Positions 1 to 9,674 of a stretch of DNA of 64,000 nt are shown here, piece after piece; the first letter of the stretch is position 1; the number at the start of each line of letters is the position of its first letter. Under the pieces are notes generated by a model. It saw only the letters and a list, made by a program, of their open reading frames with translations. It was not told the DNA's origin and searched no databases. The DNA is taken from assembly GCA_016867835.1 (NCBI GenBank), contig VGIQ01000002.1, positions 2,953 to 66,952 of the forward strand, written 5' to 3'. This stretch comes from Calditrichota bacterium (GTDB lineage: Bacteria; Electryoneota; AABM5-125-24; Hatepunaeales; Hatepunaeaceae). The translations under genes were made by a program, and so were the position numbers.

Positions 1-895
1 GGGTCAAAATAACTACGACCAACGACATCACCAGCCCAACGACGATGTCGATCGACCGCTTGACGATCCGCACCCCGGGCGACACCAGATGCGGCGAGAC
101 CTCGATCAGCGGCAAGCCGTGGATTTCGACCGTCCCCACCAAGCCGATGACCATTTGGTAGTAGTCGGCTACCAGCATCACCCGCACCGGCAAGGTCGTC
201 AGCCGGTCCAGAATCATCGCTACCTCTGCCGACGATGCCTTGTCGGGAGCGACGAGCACCCATTCGATCCGGTCGCGCTGGATGACCTGCTCGAGGTCGT
301 CAAGTGTTCCGAGGATGGGAAGATCGTCGCCGGTAGTCCCATTATGACTGATGAACCCGGCAACTTGGTAGCCCCAGACCGGTTGATGCCTCAACTGGTC
401 GTAGAGTTGCCTTCCGTTCTCGTTGCAGCCAATGATCAAGGCGCTCGTCAAGTCTTGCCCCCGGCGACGGCGGGCGCGCAGGGTGGTGCTGATCAACAGC
501 CTCCCGCTGCCGACGAGGAGGACCAACCCAATGCCGTAGGAAGCCAGAACGATCTTGGTACGAGTGAGGGGTTCGCCCGGATCGACTGTCGCCAGATAGA
601 GTATCACCACTCCGATAAGGATCGCCTTGGCAAGCGCGACCTGTTCGTCGATGCGGGAGATCACGACGCGCTGCCGGTATAGTCCGCGCAGCCCGAATAT
701 CGACCACCAGAAGAGGGTGAGCGGCAGGAGCGCCAGGTTATAGACCGATGCGCCGCCCTGCGCCTGCACCGCCTGAGTCATCGGTAAGGTGGCAAAAAGT
801 CCGCTCGGGAAGCGCAGAAAATAGGCCATCGCCAACGCGAGAGCCGCTGCCGCGCCATCGCTCAGCAGAGTTGTGAATAGTATGGAGCGGCGCAT
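1..895 (-). CDS. Polyprenyl glycosylphosphotransferase (WbaP/EpsB-like initiating sugar transferase), N-terminal ~298 codons; the gene continues beyond the window start.
   Basis: The minus-strand translation from the ATG at ~893-895 is open all the way to nt 1. It reads MRRSILFTTLLSDGAAAALALAMAYFLRF... with several hydrophobic helices. Then comes ALIIGCNENGRQLYDQLRHQPVWGYQVAGFI...LPILGTLDDLEQVIQRDRIEWVLVA, the CoA/NAD-binding-like region typical of WbaP N-termini. RIVKRSIDIVVGLVMSLV follows, which is the start of the bacterial sugar-transferase domain. The gene is absent from the ORF track because it has no in-window stop. The listed 89..682(+) and 342..707(-) ORFs are in other frames. Confidence 0.7.
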   Translation of the reverse strand, partial: MRRSILFTTLLSDGAAAALALAMAYFLRFPSGLFATLPMTQAVQAQGGASVYNLALLPLTLFWWSIFGLRGLYRQRVVISRIDEQVALAKAILIGVVILYLATVDPGEPLTRTKIVLASYGIGLVLLVGSGRLLISTTLRARRRRGQDLTSALIIGCNENGRQLYDQLRHQPVWGYQVAGFISHNGTTGDDLPILGTLDDLEQVIQRDRIEWVLVAPDKASSAEVAMILDRLTTLPVRVMLVADYYQMVIGLVGTVEIHGLPLIEVSPHLVSPGVRIVKRSIDIVVGLVMSLVVVILT

Positions 896-898
896 CGT

Positions 899-1966
899 CT
901 ATACGGTAGATGTCCGGGCGATCAAATTGCTTACCGCCGTCCAGACCTGTTGCACGGGCAAATCCTCAAGGCAGGCGACATGGTCGAATATACATCCATT
1001 GAACACTCCAAAATAACACGGGCTGCAAGGGAGTCCGAGTTGAACGCCAGCCACCGTATCGCCGGGCGGCAGTTTATGTTGGGGGCCGGTCGGGCCGAAT
1101 ATCCCCACGGTCGGCGCCCCGACCGCCGCTGCGATGTGCAGCGGCCCGGAGTCATTCGCTACCACCATCCGGGCGCGCCTCAGCAGTGCCGCCGCAGTCT
1201 GAACCGACGTCTGACCGCTAAGGTCATAGACGGCTTCAGTTGCCACATCACGCACTTCCCGACAGACATCCCGGTCGTCTGCACCCCCCAGGAGCAGTGA
1301 TTTCAAGCCTGCTTCCTGATGCAGCCGATGTGCGATTCCGGCAAATCCCGAAGCGCTCCAGCGCTTTTCACTTGCCGCAACACTCGGATTGCCGCCTCCG
1401 CCCGGAAGCAGGACGGCATAGGGTCTCTCGCCGATTCCCCATCGGAATAGCAGCAACCCGGCTGCGCGCTCTGCGTCGTCCGATGTCTGCCATTCGTAAC
1501 GAAGTTCGGCCCGTCGCGGCGCGGAAGGCGTTTTGCCGGTCAGTTCGTTCACCGCCAGAGCCGCAAGTTCCCACGCGGTCAAAGCACTATGGCGGGCCTC
1601 GTCGAGCAGAACCCGGCGGGCGCCAAGGCCAAAGGCATAGAGCCTCCCCGGACTTGCCAGCGCTATGAGACGTTCGATTGCCGGATGCTTGTGAAAAACG
1701 ACTGCCGCATCGTAATGCTCTCCCCTGAGTCGCGCGGCAAGTCCTATTATATTGACCGCATTGCGCCAGGGACGGGCGAATATCCACCGGTGCGGGATGA
1801 CGATCCGCCTGTCGAAGCAGGGATTGGCTTCTCCCGCCGGAGCCGCCCAATCGGTCGTCAGCAGCGTCAGTTCGGCGTCGGGAAGGCTCTCGCGCAGGAG
1901 CCGAATCGCCGGAGACGCAATCACCAGATCCCCGAGGGCGTGCAGTTTGACGACGAGGACTTTCAC
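899..1966 (-). CDS. Glycosyltransferase family 9 (ADP-heptose:LPS heptosyltransferase-like).
   Basis: The N-terminus MKVLVVKLHALGDLVIASPAIRLL matches the GT9 hxxxxSxGD signature. The C-terminal NDSGPLHIAAAVGAPTVGIFGPT motif is typical of WaaC/WaaF-type heptosyltransferases. Its stop lies 4 nt from the WbaP-like start. Confidence 0.75.
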   Translation of the reverse strand: MKVLVVKLHALGDLVIASPAIRLLRESLPDAELTLLTTDWAAPAGEANPCFDRRIVIPHRWIFARPWRNAVNIIGLAARLRGEHYDAAVVFHKHPAIERLIALASPGRLYAFGLGARRVLLDEARHSALTAWELAALAVNELTGKTPSAPRRAELRYEWQTSDDAERAAGLLLFRWGIGERPYAVLLPGGGGNPSVAASEKRWSASGFAGIAHRLHQEAGLKSLLLGGADDRDVCREVRDVATEAVYDLSGQTSVQTAAALLRRARMVVANDSGPLHIAAAVGAPTVGIFGPTGPQHKLPPGDTVAGVQLGLPCSPCYFGVFNGCIFDHVACLEDLPVQQVWTAVSNLIARTSTV

Positions 1967-3057
1967 TGCGAAACTGTTGCTACCAGACTTTTGCGCGGCG
2001 GGCGAAGATGCCGTTCAAAATAGCCGGGTATCAGCAGCGAGGCGAGCGATAGTCGATAGCCGCGCATTCGCTCCCGGAAGCCCGGGGTGGCAAACAACAG
2101 AATCGCCAGGATCATCCTCGCGAAAGTGGCTATGCACCAGACGATCCGCGTCATCTCTCCGGCCAACCGCCCGAAGTGTTTCCTAACAAAGAGATAACGG
2201 CTCCAGTTGGCGGAAGCCATCGCCACCGGAGCCGTGAACCGGCTGGAGCCGCCGCCGATATGCTTTACCCTGGCAAGCGGCTCATAGTGCGTTTCCCAAC
2301 CTGCGAGGGCGAGACGAAATTGCAGATCCTCTTCCTCCGAATAGAGGAAGAAGCGCTCGTCCATCAACCCGACTTCGTCGAGAGCGCTTCTGCGCAGCAG
2401 CAACGCGGCGCCGATCAGCCGCTCAACCCGAACGGATTTGGACGGCGCCTTCCAGAGCAGAGTCCGGGCGCCGTCGATCCGGTTCAGCGGCAGCACCCGT
2501 TGCAGCGAAAGTGCATACCAGACCGCCATACCCGGCGTCATGAACGGCTCCGGCCAATGCAACCGGTTGGGACGGTCGTCATCCATTCCGGGACCGACGC
2601 ACCCGACCCGGCTATGCGCATCGAGATAGGAGACAAGCGAATCTAACGCCCCCGGTTGCAGGATCGCATCGGGATTGAGCAGCAAGACCCACTCGCCCGC
2701 CGCACGACGCAACCCGAGGTTGTTCCCGGCGGCGAAGCCTCCGTTCTCACCGGACCGAATCAGCGACACTTCGGGATGAAGTTGTTCAACGAGATCGGCC
2801 GTCCCGTCCGGGGAGTCGTTATCGACGACGATGACCTTGACCGCACTTGAGCCCGACACCCGCACGACCGATGCGAGGCACTCCGCAATCGTCTCGCGCG
2901 AACGATAGGTAACGACGACAACGGTTCCGGGACTAATGGCGGCGCTCGCTGAGAAGTTGACGGTAGAGCCGGTGATATTGCCGGGCGCTAAGGGAGATGT
3001 CGAGGTGGCGGCGGGCGTAATCCCGGCACCGCCGGCGGACTGCCGGCAAGTCGGCAT
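1963..3057 (-). CDS. Glycosyltransferase family 2 (GT-A fold). The start is uncertain: the ATG at 3055-3057 overlaps the preceding gene by ~125 nt.
   Basis: VVVVTYRSRETIAECLASVV...VIVVDNDSPDGT...DAILQPGALDS...EEEDLQFRL are the canonical GT2 DxD/ED motifs. The 3' end overlaps the GT9 start by 4 nt. Confidence 0.7.
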   Translation of the reverse strand: MPTCRQSAGGAGITPAATSTSPLAPGNITGSTVNFSASAAISPGTVVVVTYRSRETIAECLASVVRVSGSSAVKVIVVDNDSPDGTADLVEQLHPEVSLIRSGENGGFAAGNNLGLRRAAGEWVLLLNPDAILQPGALDSLVSYLDAHSRVGCVGPGMDDDRPNRLHWPEPFMTPGMAVWYALSLQRVLPLNRIDGARTLLWKAPSKSVRVERLIGAALLLRRSALDEVGLMDERFFLYSEEEDLQFRLALAGWETHYEPLARVKHIGGGSSRFTAPVAMASANWSRYLFVRKHFGRLAGEMTRIVWCIATFARMILAILLFATPGFRERMRGYRLSLASLLIPGYFERHLRPPRKSLVATVSQ

Positions 3058-4135
3058 GCAGTTCCCTCACGGCGGCAAAGGAGACTGGATCGTCGGGATC
3101 GACAAAGATCCCCAACCGGTTCTCAAGGACGGCGTCCCGGATGATGTCGTTCAGGCCGTCGTCGATCACCACCGGAACTCCCGCAGAGAGGTACTCGGCA
3201 TACTTCACCGGCCAGTTACCATCCTCCCGCCCCGGTAATAGCGCCAACGTGTAGCGGCCGATCACTTTGCGCAGGTCCGTGGGAGCGAGCGCCGACAGGC
3301 TCCACTCCTCACGCTCCAGCCCGGCTTTAGTCAGTCCCGCGGCTACCTTGTCGGGTGCATAGCGAGTGTGCAGGACAAGGCGCGCCCCGGGCAGATGCGG
3401 CTTGAGCATTCCGAACCATCGCCCGATGCGCTCGGGAGGGTAGTAGTAGGCTTCCATCTCCCCCACAAAGACGACCCGGGGCGGACTGTCGGGGCTGTCA
3501 TAGACAGTATAATCCGACGTCAGCGTCCGGCTGGGAACGAACCTGACCCTCCGGGCGCCTCTACTTCGATACCTCTTGCAATAGTCCGGCGTTACGCCGA
3601 TCGTGTATCCGGCTTCGGCGACGATTTCCCGTTCCTTCCTGCGCCAGAATAGATAGGTCGCCCCCCCCGGGTTCCAGCGGCCGCTGGAGACCATTTCCTC
3701 GGGATAGAAGTTGCGGGGATCGAACAGATGTCGAGTCCCCAACTTCCTCGATGTCCAGTGAGCCAGTAATCCGGCAGCGTAACCACGGGAATGAACTACG
3801 TTTATCCGGCGCGACCGGGCAATCCACCAGGCTATCGGGAGCGTCCATAGGAAAAGCAAATACTGCATCGAAAGCGGCCAGTTCGATGCCGCCGGAGTGA
3901 TGCGGAGGATCAGTTCGATATCGCGGTCCCGCAGTTCCTGCCGGGCTATCGCAAAGAGACTCCGGCGCCGAGCATAGAGGCGCGGGCTGACGAAGGAGAG
4001 CAAAGTAACTGCCTCGACACCGGACAATCCGCGCAGACTCTGAAGCATCTCCACCACCTGGCTCCGGACGATACCGCTGTCGATAAGGCTCTCCCCCACT
4101 ACAATATAGAGCAGTCGTAAAGGCGTCGGTTCCAA
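2933..4135 (-). CDS. Glycosyltransferase family 4 (GT-B, group-1 glycosyltransferase).
   Basis: 400 aa. The C-terminal half contains YAEYLSAGVPVVIDDGLNDIIRD...GIFVDPDD, typical of the GT4 EX7E region. It sits within the polysaccharide cluster. Confidence 0.6.
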   Translation of the reverse strand: MEPTPLRLLYIVVGESLIDSGIVRSQVVEMLQSLRGLSGVEAVTLLSFVSPRLYARRRSLFAIARQELRDRDIELILRITPAASNWPLSMQYLLFLWTLPIAWWIARSRRINVVHSRGYAAGLLAHWTSRKLGTRHLFDPRNFYPEEMVSSGRWNPGGATYLFWRRKEREIVAEAGYTIGVTPDYCKRYRSRGARRVRFVPSRTLTSDYTVYDSPDSPPRVVFVGEMEAYYYPPERIGRWFGMLKPHLPGARLVLHTRYAPDKVAAGLTKAGLEREEWSLSALAPTDLRKVIGRYTLALLPGREDGNWPVKYAEYLSAGVPVVIDDGLNDIIRDAVLENRLGIFVDPDDPVSFAAVRELHADLPAVRRRCRDYARRHLDISLSARQYHRLYRQLLSERRH

Positions 4136-4139
4136 TCCG

Positions 4140-5465
4140 TCACCGGCGAAGAGAGCGTCTTACCAGCAGCCAATCTTCTCGTCGAGCGACCAGAACATCG
4201 CGCGCCGTAACTCCCGATTCTCGCAGGAAGAAATAGAGGAACATACTCCCGGTAAGAAAATGCGTTCCTGTCGATGCCAGGGCGGCGCCCATTATACCGA
4301 GTCGCGGAATTAGGATTAGTCCGGCAGCGACATTCAGAACAAATGTAATGACCGAGACAATGACCGAATAATGAGGTTTCCCCCGACCGATCAGATCCCC
4401 GGCGAGCATCGTGGCAAGTGTCAGGACAACCGCGCCGGGAACAAGCACTGCCAGCGGCTTGTATGCCGGTATGAATGCCGGGCCAAAGAGAAGGTATATC
4501 AAAGGGTAGCCGAATATCACCAAGGCGCATCCGGCAAGCAAGGTCAAAGCAAAGCCAATGCGCACCAGGAGAGGAGTCATTTGGTTGCCGGCATCGTCGC
4601 TCCGCTGCGCCACATACGGCAGAAGCACCTGTCCTATCGCCGCTGGAAGATAACGAAGACCGACCAGAATCGCCGCAGCCAGCGAATAATAGCCCACCTC
4701 AGAGCGGGACATAAAGAACGCGATGATAAACAGGTCGAAGCGCGATCGCAGGAATGAAAGGACATTGCTCAAATGAAACGATATCCCGAAACGCAGCATA
4801 GCGAGCAGAGATGGAATATCAAGGCGAAGTCCGCCGACCTCCCGGATGGAATTGGTGAGCAATAAAATACCGGCCGTCAGAATCGCCAGTCCCCAAAGCG
4901 CGATTGCAGTTTCAACAGAGGCCCCGCCGGCAATCCAAACCAAGGCCATGGTGGACACAAAGATCATTTCCCGCGAGACCATAATGAGATTCATCTTGAA
5001 AATGCGGTCGAAGCCTATCAGCATACTGTTTCCGTATTCGAGCAGCAACAGCGGGAGAACAGTCACCGTCGCCATCATCAGCAACCGGTCGGATACGAGA
5101 GGTATGAACCGGTCCCGCACCGTCGGCATAAAAAGCATCGCCAGCGCCGTCCATAAAAAGCCCCATAGCACCGTAAAAAAAAGACTATTACCGGCTACCG
5201 AAGAGCGATTCACGGGCTGCCGTCCGATGAAGTAACTGCATGCCGATCCATAGGATAAATGCCCGATATTGGCAAGGGACATAGCTACCAGCATGGTCAG
5301 CGAGAGCAGTCCCTTGCCGTCCGGACCGAGGGCTCGAGCGATGACGATCTGCCCGACCAACCCGACGGCAAAGGTCCCGAATTGCCCCCCCAGAGCGCTG
5401 ATCAGTTTACTACGCAGTCTGTTGGTGGCAATTCCCGACGCTCTTTCGACTGGTGAGTCCGTCAA
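4140..5465 (-). CDS. Polysaccharide biosynthesis protein / Wzx-like flippase (MOP superfamily).
   Basis: 441 aa with ~12 predicted hydrophobic helices. The N-terminal SKLISALGGQFGTFAVGLVGQIVIARALGPDGKG is typical of PST-family flippases. It is adjacent to the Wzy-like and Wzz-like genes. Confidence 0.6.
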   Translation of the reverse strand: MTDSPVERASGIATNRLRSKLISALGGQFGTFAVGLVGQIVIARALGPDGKGLLSLTMLVAMSLANIGHLSYGSACSYFIGRQPVNRSSVAGNSLFFTVLWGFLWTALAMLFMPTVRDRFIPLVSDRLLMMATVTVLPLLLLEYGNSMLIGFDRIFKMNLIMVSREMIFVSTMALVWIAGGASVETAIALWGLAILTAGILLLTNSIREVGGLRLDIPSLLAMLRFGISFHLSNVLSFLRSRFDLFIIAFFMSRSEVGYYSLAAAILVGLRYLPAAIGQVLLPYVAQRSDDAGNQMTPLLVRIGFALTLLAGCALVIFGYPLIYLLFGPAFIPAYKPLAVLVPGAVVLTLATMLAGDLIGRGKPHYSVIVSVITFVLNVAAGLILIPRLGIMGAALASTGTHFLTGSMFLYFFLRESGVTARDVLVARREDWLLVRRSLRR

Positions 5466-6787
5466 GTTTGTGGCTCGCCTGCCAGGCTATCATTCGCCAT
5501 CAATCGGGATTGGAAGCCCAGCAGAGCAAACAACAGGACCGCCGTCAGACCCGAAACATAGGCATCGACGAGCGATGCGACCATCAGTGCCACAATCGCA
5601 CCGTTGATAGCCAGAACCATCCTCCGCCTCGACGGATCGGCTTCTTTTGAGGCGGTCTTCAACCAGCCGTGTGCCCGTCGCAACATCGATAAAATCATAT
5701 AGGTCAACAACAGCAGCGCAATGATTCCATAATCGAGCAGCCACTTGAGATACATGTTATGGATATGTATTCCCATGGTGAGGCTCTTGGGAAACATCTC
5801 AATATAGATCTTCCGGAAACTTTCCAGACCGATTCCCCAAAACCAGTTGTCGGCAATCAAGCCGGCGCTGTTCATCCAGACCTCAATTCGTCCTACCGCA
5901 GACCAATCTGCGATTACCCCCCGACCCAGGAGCATGGACATCCGCTCGAAAATGAGCGTTGGCATAGCGATAAGTGCTGCAATCACAAGCGGTAGGAAGA
6001 GCCTTAATACCTTCCGATCAAACCTCGCAATATAGGCTATGGCTATCAGTGTGGCCAACATGATCGCTCGCGTCTGGGTTACTAGCAATCCGATAAAAAT
6101 GCCTGCACTGATCAACAGGTTGGCAATCCGATGCGAAGCCTGTTGCGCATAGACCGTCTCCAGGAGCGCCAGCGGCAGCACCAGCCCATAAGCCGCGGCT
6201 ACCAGATTGTAGGAAGACCAGCCAAAGGCAATCCGCTCCAGGCCGGCGGTCAGGTAGTATCCCAGACTAAAGTAACCCACCAGCGCAAAGATCGCGGTTA
6301 TATACCTCAATACGAATTTGATCTCCCGGCGCTGCCAGTCCGTATTTTGAAGAAAAATAAAGACCGCAAGCGGATAGTAAAGGCTGAATAGAAGTGAGGT
6401 CCGGGCATGCAGAAACTGCTCTGCGCGCATAAAAGCCACAACCGACAGCGGAAACAGCAGCAGCAGCGCACCCCAATAAGGAAAATAGAGTTCCAGGCGG
6501 CCTTCCCGCAGCCAGGTCAGGACGAATGAGAGCAATAACAGAAACGCAAAGCCGTGAAAGACATAACTTTCCGAACTCAGGAACATAAGAGGAAGGAACA
6601 GCATCACGTAAGTCTTGAAGTGACTTAGCGACACCAGGAAGGCAATTCCGGCTATGAATAGGGCGGGAAGAACGCCGTAGGATGAATCCTCCACCGCGAG
6701 TCCGGCAGTTAGCGACAGCGCCAAAATGAACGGCACTGCGATGAGGAATGGTCTAATCCCGATACTTAATGTCATGCCGCCGGACAA
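5462..6787 (-). CDS. O-antigen ligase/polymerase family membrane protein (Wzy/WaaL-like).
   Basis: 441 aa polytopic membrane protein. It has a Wzy_C-like segment LVTQTRAIMLATLIAIAYI and a large loop. Its start overlaps the flippase stop by 4 nt. Confidence 0.55.
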   Translation of the reverse strand: MSGGMTLSIGIRPFLIAVPFILALSLTAGLAVEDSSYGVLPALFIAGIAFLVSLSHFKTYVMLFLPLMFLSSESYVFHGFAFLLLLSFVLTWLREGRLELYFPYWGALLLLFPLSVVAFMRAEQFLHARTSLLFSLYYPLAVFIFLQNTDWQRREIKFVLRYITAIFALVGYFSLGYYLTAGLERIAFGWSSYNLVAAAYGLVLPLALLETVYAQQASHRIANLLISAGIFIGLLVTQTRAIMLATLIAIAYIARFDRKVLRLFLPLVIAALIAMPTLIFERMSMLLGRGVIADWSAVGRIEVWMNSAGLIADNWFWGIGLESFRKIYIEMFPKSLTMGIHIHNMYLKWLLDYGIIALLLLTYMILSMLRRAHGWLKTASKEADPSRRRMVLAINGAIVALMVASLVDAYVSGLTAVLLFALLGFQSRLMANDSLAGEPQT

Positions 6788-6795
6788 AGGCCCAT

Positions 6796-8025
6796 CTACT
6801 CGCTGGAACCGATTCTTGAACGCCGACCCGGTAAGCCGATCCCCATGATTCTTTGCCAGATTTGAGGATGTCTCTCAGGTAACCCCTGCCAATATTCGAT
6901 CATAGCAATCGCAAGCAAAGTCAGCACCATTGCTGCGACGACGGATACGGTAACGATCATCCTGCGGGCGGGACGGCTCTTCTTGTTCGGGACATAGGCT
7001 CTATCGAGAACCTGGACATTGGCAGACTCTCGCTCCTCCTGGATCCTTGCCGATTCATACTGCGGATATGTGAACTCGAGCAGACTTGACTGCACCCGGA
7101 TGCGCCGCATAATGTCCACGTAGGTCCGGGAAATATGAGGCATGGTCTGGAGTCCCATATAGAGTTGTCCTTCGCCGCTGTCGATGAGACTCCTCGTGCG
7201 CGCCTCGATTTCCGCTGCCGTAAGGCGAAGTTGTCGAACCGCCGGATGCTGCGGCCCAAGATTGGCTGCCAGGACATCGACCTTGATGCTGGCCGACAGT
7301 TGCTCGGCTTTGAGGTCTGCCAGGGTGTTTATCAGCGCGCCGGTCTGCTCGTTGATGGCGATCGCATTGTTGACAAGTTGGAATCGCACCAACGAGTCTT
7401 GAAGCGTGGCCAGGCTGTCGATGATGCCGGTTAATCTTTTCTCTATGAATATGCGGCTCTTACGGGCGCTCTCTGAGGTGATGTCGCGATAAATGCGATC
7501 GAGTTCCTCGACTGCACCGTTGGCGATCTCCGCGGCAAGTTCTGCCGATCGCTCCTCATAACTTAACTCTATCGAGCGATCTTTCCGCGTCGTGACCAGA
7601 AAGCGAGCATTGAACTGCCGGATGATCTCCTCCGGAAAGATGTCGGAGGGGAGTTGATAGACCTTGCTTAGGTCGTAACGCTTGATCAGGCGCTCCCGCA
7701 ACTCCCGGCTGCCCAGGATCGTCTCATAAATCTCATCGGTGGGAACTTCAAGTCCGAAACTGACCGCCGCAGAAGCGAGATCCTTGGAAAGAAAGCCCGG
7801 CAATCCGCTGCTGCTACCCGAAGGCGGCAAAACGACCGTCGTTGCCCGATACCAGACCGGCAACATAAACGAAACGACGGAAGTAAGCACCGCTGCGGCT
7901 ACAAAGTTCAAGATGAACAGTTTGCGCCAGCGGTAGATGAGCGAGGCCAGATCGATCAGGTTGATGACGCCGGAGCGCTTGACGGTCGAGTCTTCCGACC
8001 GGCTTAAGGATTGCAGTTCTTGCAT
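6796..8025 (-). CDS. Polysaccharide co-polymerase (Wzz/GumC-like chain-length determinant), without a kinase domain.
   Basis: An N-terminal TM helix (LFILNFVAAAVLTSVVSFMLPVWY, with RATTVVLPP), a long coiled-coil periplasmic region and a C-terminal TM helix (IVTVSVVAAMVLTLLAIAMIEYW) match the PCP topology. Confidence 0.55.
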   Translation of the reverse strand: MQELQSLSRSEDSTVKRSGVINLIDLASLIYRWRKLFILNFVAAAVLTSVVSFMLPVWYRATTVVLPPSGSSSGLPGFLSKDLASAAVSFGLEVPTDEIYETILGSRELRERLIKRYDLSKVYQLPSDIFPEEIIRQFNARFLVTTRKDRSIELSYEERSAELAAEIANGAVEELDRIYRDITSESARKSRIFIEKRLTGIIDSLATLQDSLVRFQLVNNAIAINEQTGALINTLADLKAEQLSASIKVDVLAANLGPQHPAVRQLRLTAAEIEARTRSLIDSGEGQLYMGLQTMPHISRTYVDIMRRIRVQSSLLEFTYPQYESARIQEERESANVQVLDRAYVPNKKSRPARRMIVTVSVVAAMVLTLLAIAMIEYWQGLPERHPQIWQRIMGIGLPGRRSRIGSSE

Positions 8026-8030
8026 TATTC

Positions 8031-9674
8031 TTATTGAATTTCGTAACGATAGCCGGCAGCGAGGTGAAATCTCACCGGCAGTATGGATGACCGGTCAAAC
8101 GTGTAGCCTCCGGCGACGGTCCAGCCGGGTCGGAACTCGTATAGCCCGGCAAGTTCGAGGACATTACGATAGGTGCGTCGACCGGATAAAAAGGGCGCCC
8201 CTGACCGGGGCGATCCTGCCGCCGGAACGTCGTCAATGGAGGCTCCACGGTCGCCCTGCCTCCAATGCGTGTAGGAACCCTTTAGTTCGACCTCCCGCCA
8301 TGGCCGATATGACCCTTGAATAGTCAATCGGTCACTATTGGAGGGCTGTGCCAGACCGAGTGGCGTCTCCCAATGGGAATACCGGTTGACCGGGTAATTA
8401 TGGCTGTGGACAAAAGGATCGAGCCGGGCGTATTCGAGCCCCGCTTCAAGCCCGTTCAGTCCCAACCTTGAGGAGCGCATTCCGGCCAGGTACCCTAACT
8501 TATTCCCCGGATCACCGCGTCCCAAAGTCGAAGTCCTCAGGTCGTCGATCAGGAGCGCGCCGTAGAAGGTCGCCCTGTCCCGGAGGATCACTTTGAAATC
8601 GCCGGACATAAGGACGTTGTCAAAGTCTCCGTTCGAGTGCTGCGCTGCGTAATAGAATTGAATCGGGCTGATATATGCCGGATCGAAACCCCGCTCTCCC
8701 CATACCACCGCCTCATTCACGGCAAAAAGCCCCCAGTCGGATACGGCGATCTCGAGCCGGTGAAGCACCAGATGCTTCGGGACAAAGTCGAGCCGGATAT
8801 GGCCTTCGCGCGTCGTGTAGAGGGTGTCGCCGACGACCCCGTAGGGCGACAAACTGCCCACCATCCACCCGTACCGGACGCCGCGTCCAAAGTCGGCTTC
8901 CAGTCGCAACTGATCGAACGGCTGGGCTGCTCCCCCTATCAGGACATTAGCCTCCCGCCCCGGACCCCAACTAACCCGGTCGCGGCCCAGGGTCACGTCG
9001 AGCCTCCGCCAACGGTAGTTGATATATGCCTCGACGGCATCATAGTAGGTCTCGCTGGCGCCCTGAAGAGGTCCGACATACCCGGGCGCATGGGTCAGCA
9101 GTTGATCCCGGCGATGATAAGGCCCGTTGCCTCGCTCGGTGTGATCGACGAACCTGAAGCCGGCGCCCAGTCCTTCCCACCGGGCAGCGAACTGCAATCC
9201 CGTCCCGCGGCGCAGAATGTTCTTGCGACCGGCATCGAAACGCACCGCTCCGATGGGATCCAAGTTAAAGTAGCCGGCTTCCGAGCAAGCGCTATAAAGC
9301 CTCCAGTGCGGGCTCGCCAGCGCCGGCCCGGGCGCGTAGTCGGCCGGCCTGAGGCGCCTCTCGGGTGACTCCCGCATTCCCTCCCGGTCGGCTATATCAA
9401 AGGCATACTCACGCAGGTAATAATCGAGGTCTCGCTTCAGGATAGGGTCGTCCAGGGATTCGTAGTCCGCCGCGATGACCATCAAGTGGCGTCCGATGTC
9501 TGAACGGGCTGCCGGCCGCATGGTTGTTGCGTTCGGGAGCAGTATCCCTCGCTCAACGGCACGGTCGAGAAACCTGTAAATGGGATCCCCGACCGGGACG
9601 GCCGCTGAACCTGCCGCCAGGGCCCGAATTGCCGCGGCAAAGACCACCAGTGCGATCGCCGCCGCTTTAATCAC
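8031..9674 (-). CDS. Secreted protein rich in aromatic/Gly alternations, putative outer-membrane beta-barrel (possibly Wzi-like capsule-assembly protein).
   Basis: The track ORF is 8031..9758. A GTG at ~9672-9674 overlaps the rfbB stop (GTGA) and gives a plausible signal peptide MIKAAAIALVVFAAAIRALAAGSAAV. The C-terminal half has alternating hydrophobic/aromatic strands ending ...AGYRYEIQ. The Wzi assignment is tentative. Confidence 0.35.
   Translation of the reverse strand: MIKAAAIALVVFAAAIRALAAGSAAVPVGDPIYRFLDRAVERGILLPNATTMRPAARSDIGRHLMVIAADYESLDDPILKRDLDYYLREYAFDIADREGMRESPERRLRPADYAPGPALASPHWRLYSACSEAGYFNLDPIGAVRFDAGRKNILRRGTGLQFAARWEGLGAGFRFVDHTERGNGPYHRRDQLLTHAPGYVGPLQGASETYYDAVEAYINYRWRRLDVTLGRDRVSWGPGREANVLIGGAAQPFDQLRLEADFGRGVRYGWMVGSLSPYGVVGDTLYTTREGHIRLDFVPKHLVLHRLEIAVSDWGLFAVNEAVVWGERGFDPAYISPIQFYYAAQHSNGDFDNVLMSGDFKVILRDRATFYGALLIDDLRTSTLGRGDPGNKLGYLAGMRSSRLGLNGLEAGLEYARLDPFVHSHNYPVNRYSHWETPLGLAQPSNSDRLTIQGSYRPWREVELKGSYTHWRQGDRGASIDDVPAAGSPRSGAPFLSGRRTYRNVLELAGLYEFRPGWTVAGGYTFDRSSILPVRFHLAAGYRYEIQ

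Noticed and set aside
89-707. Track ORFs 89..682(+) and 342..707(-)
   Set aside because: They lie inside or antisense to the much better supported minus-strand WbaP-like reading frame (1-895). Their translations are low-complexity Arg/Pro/Gly-rich, as expected for wrong-frame high-GC ORFs.
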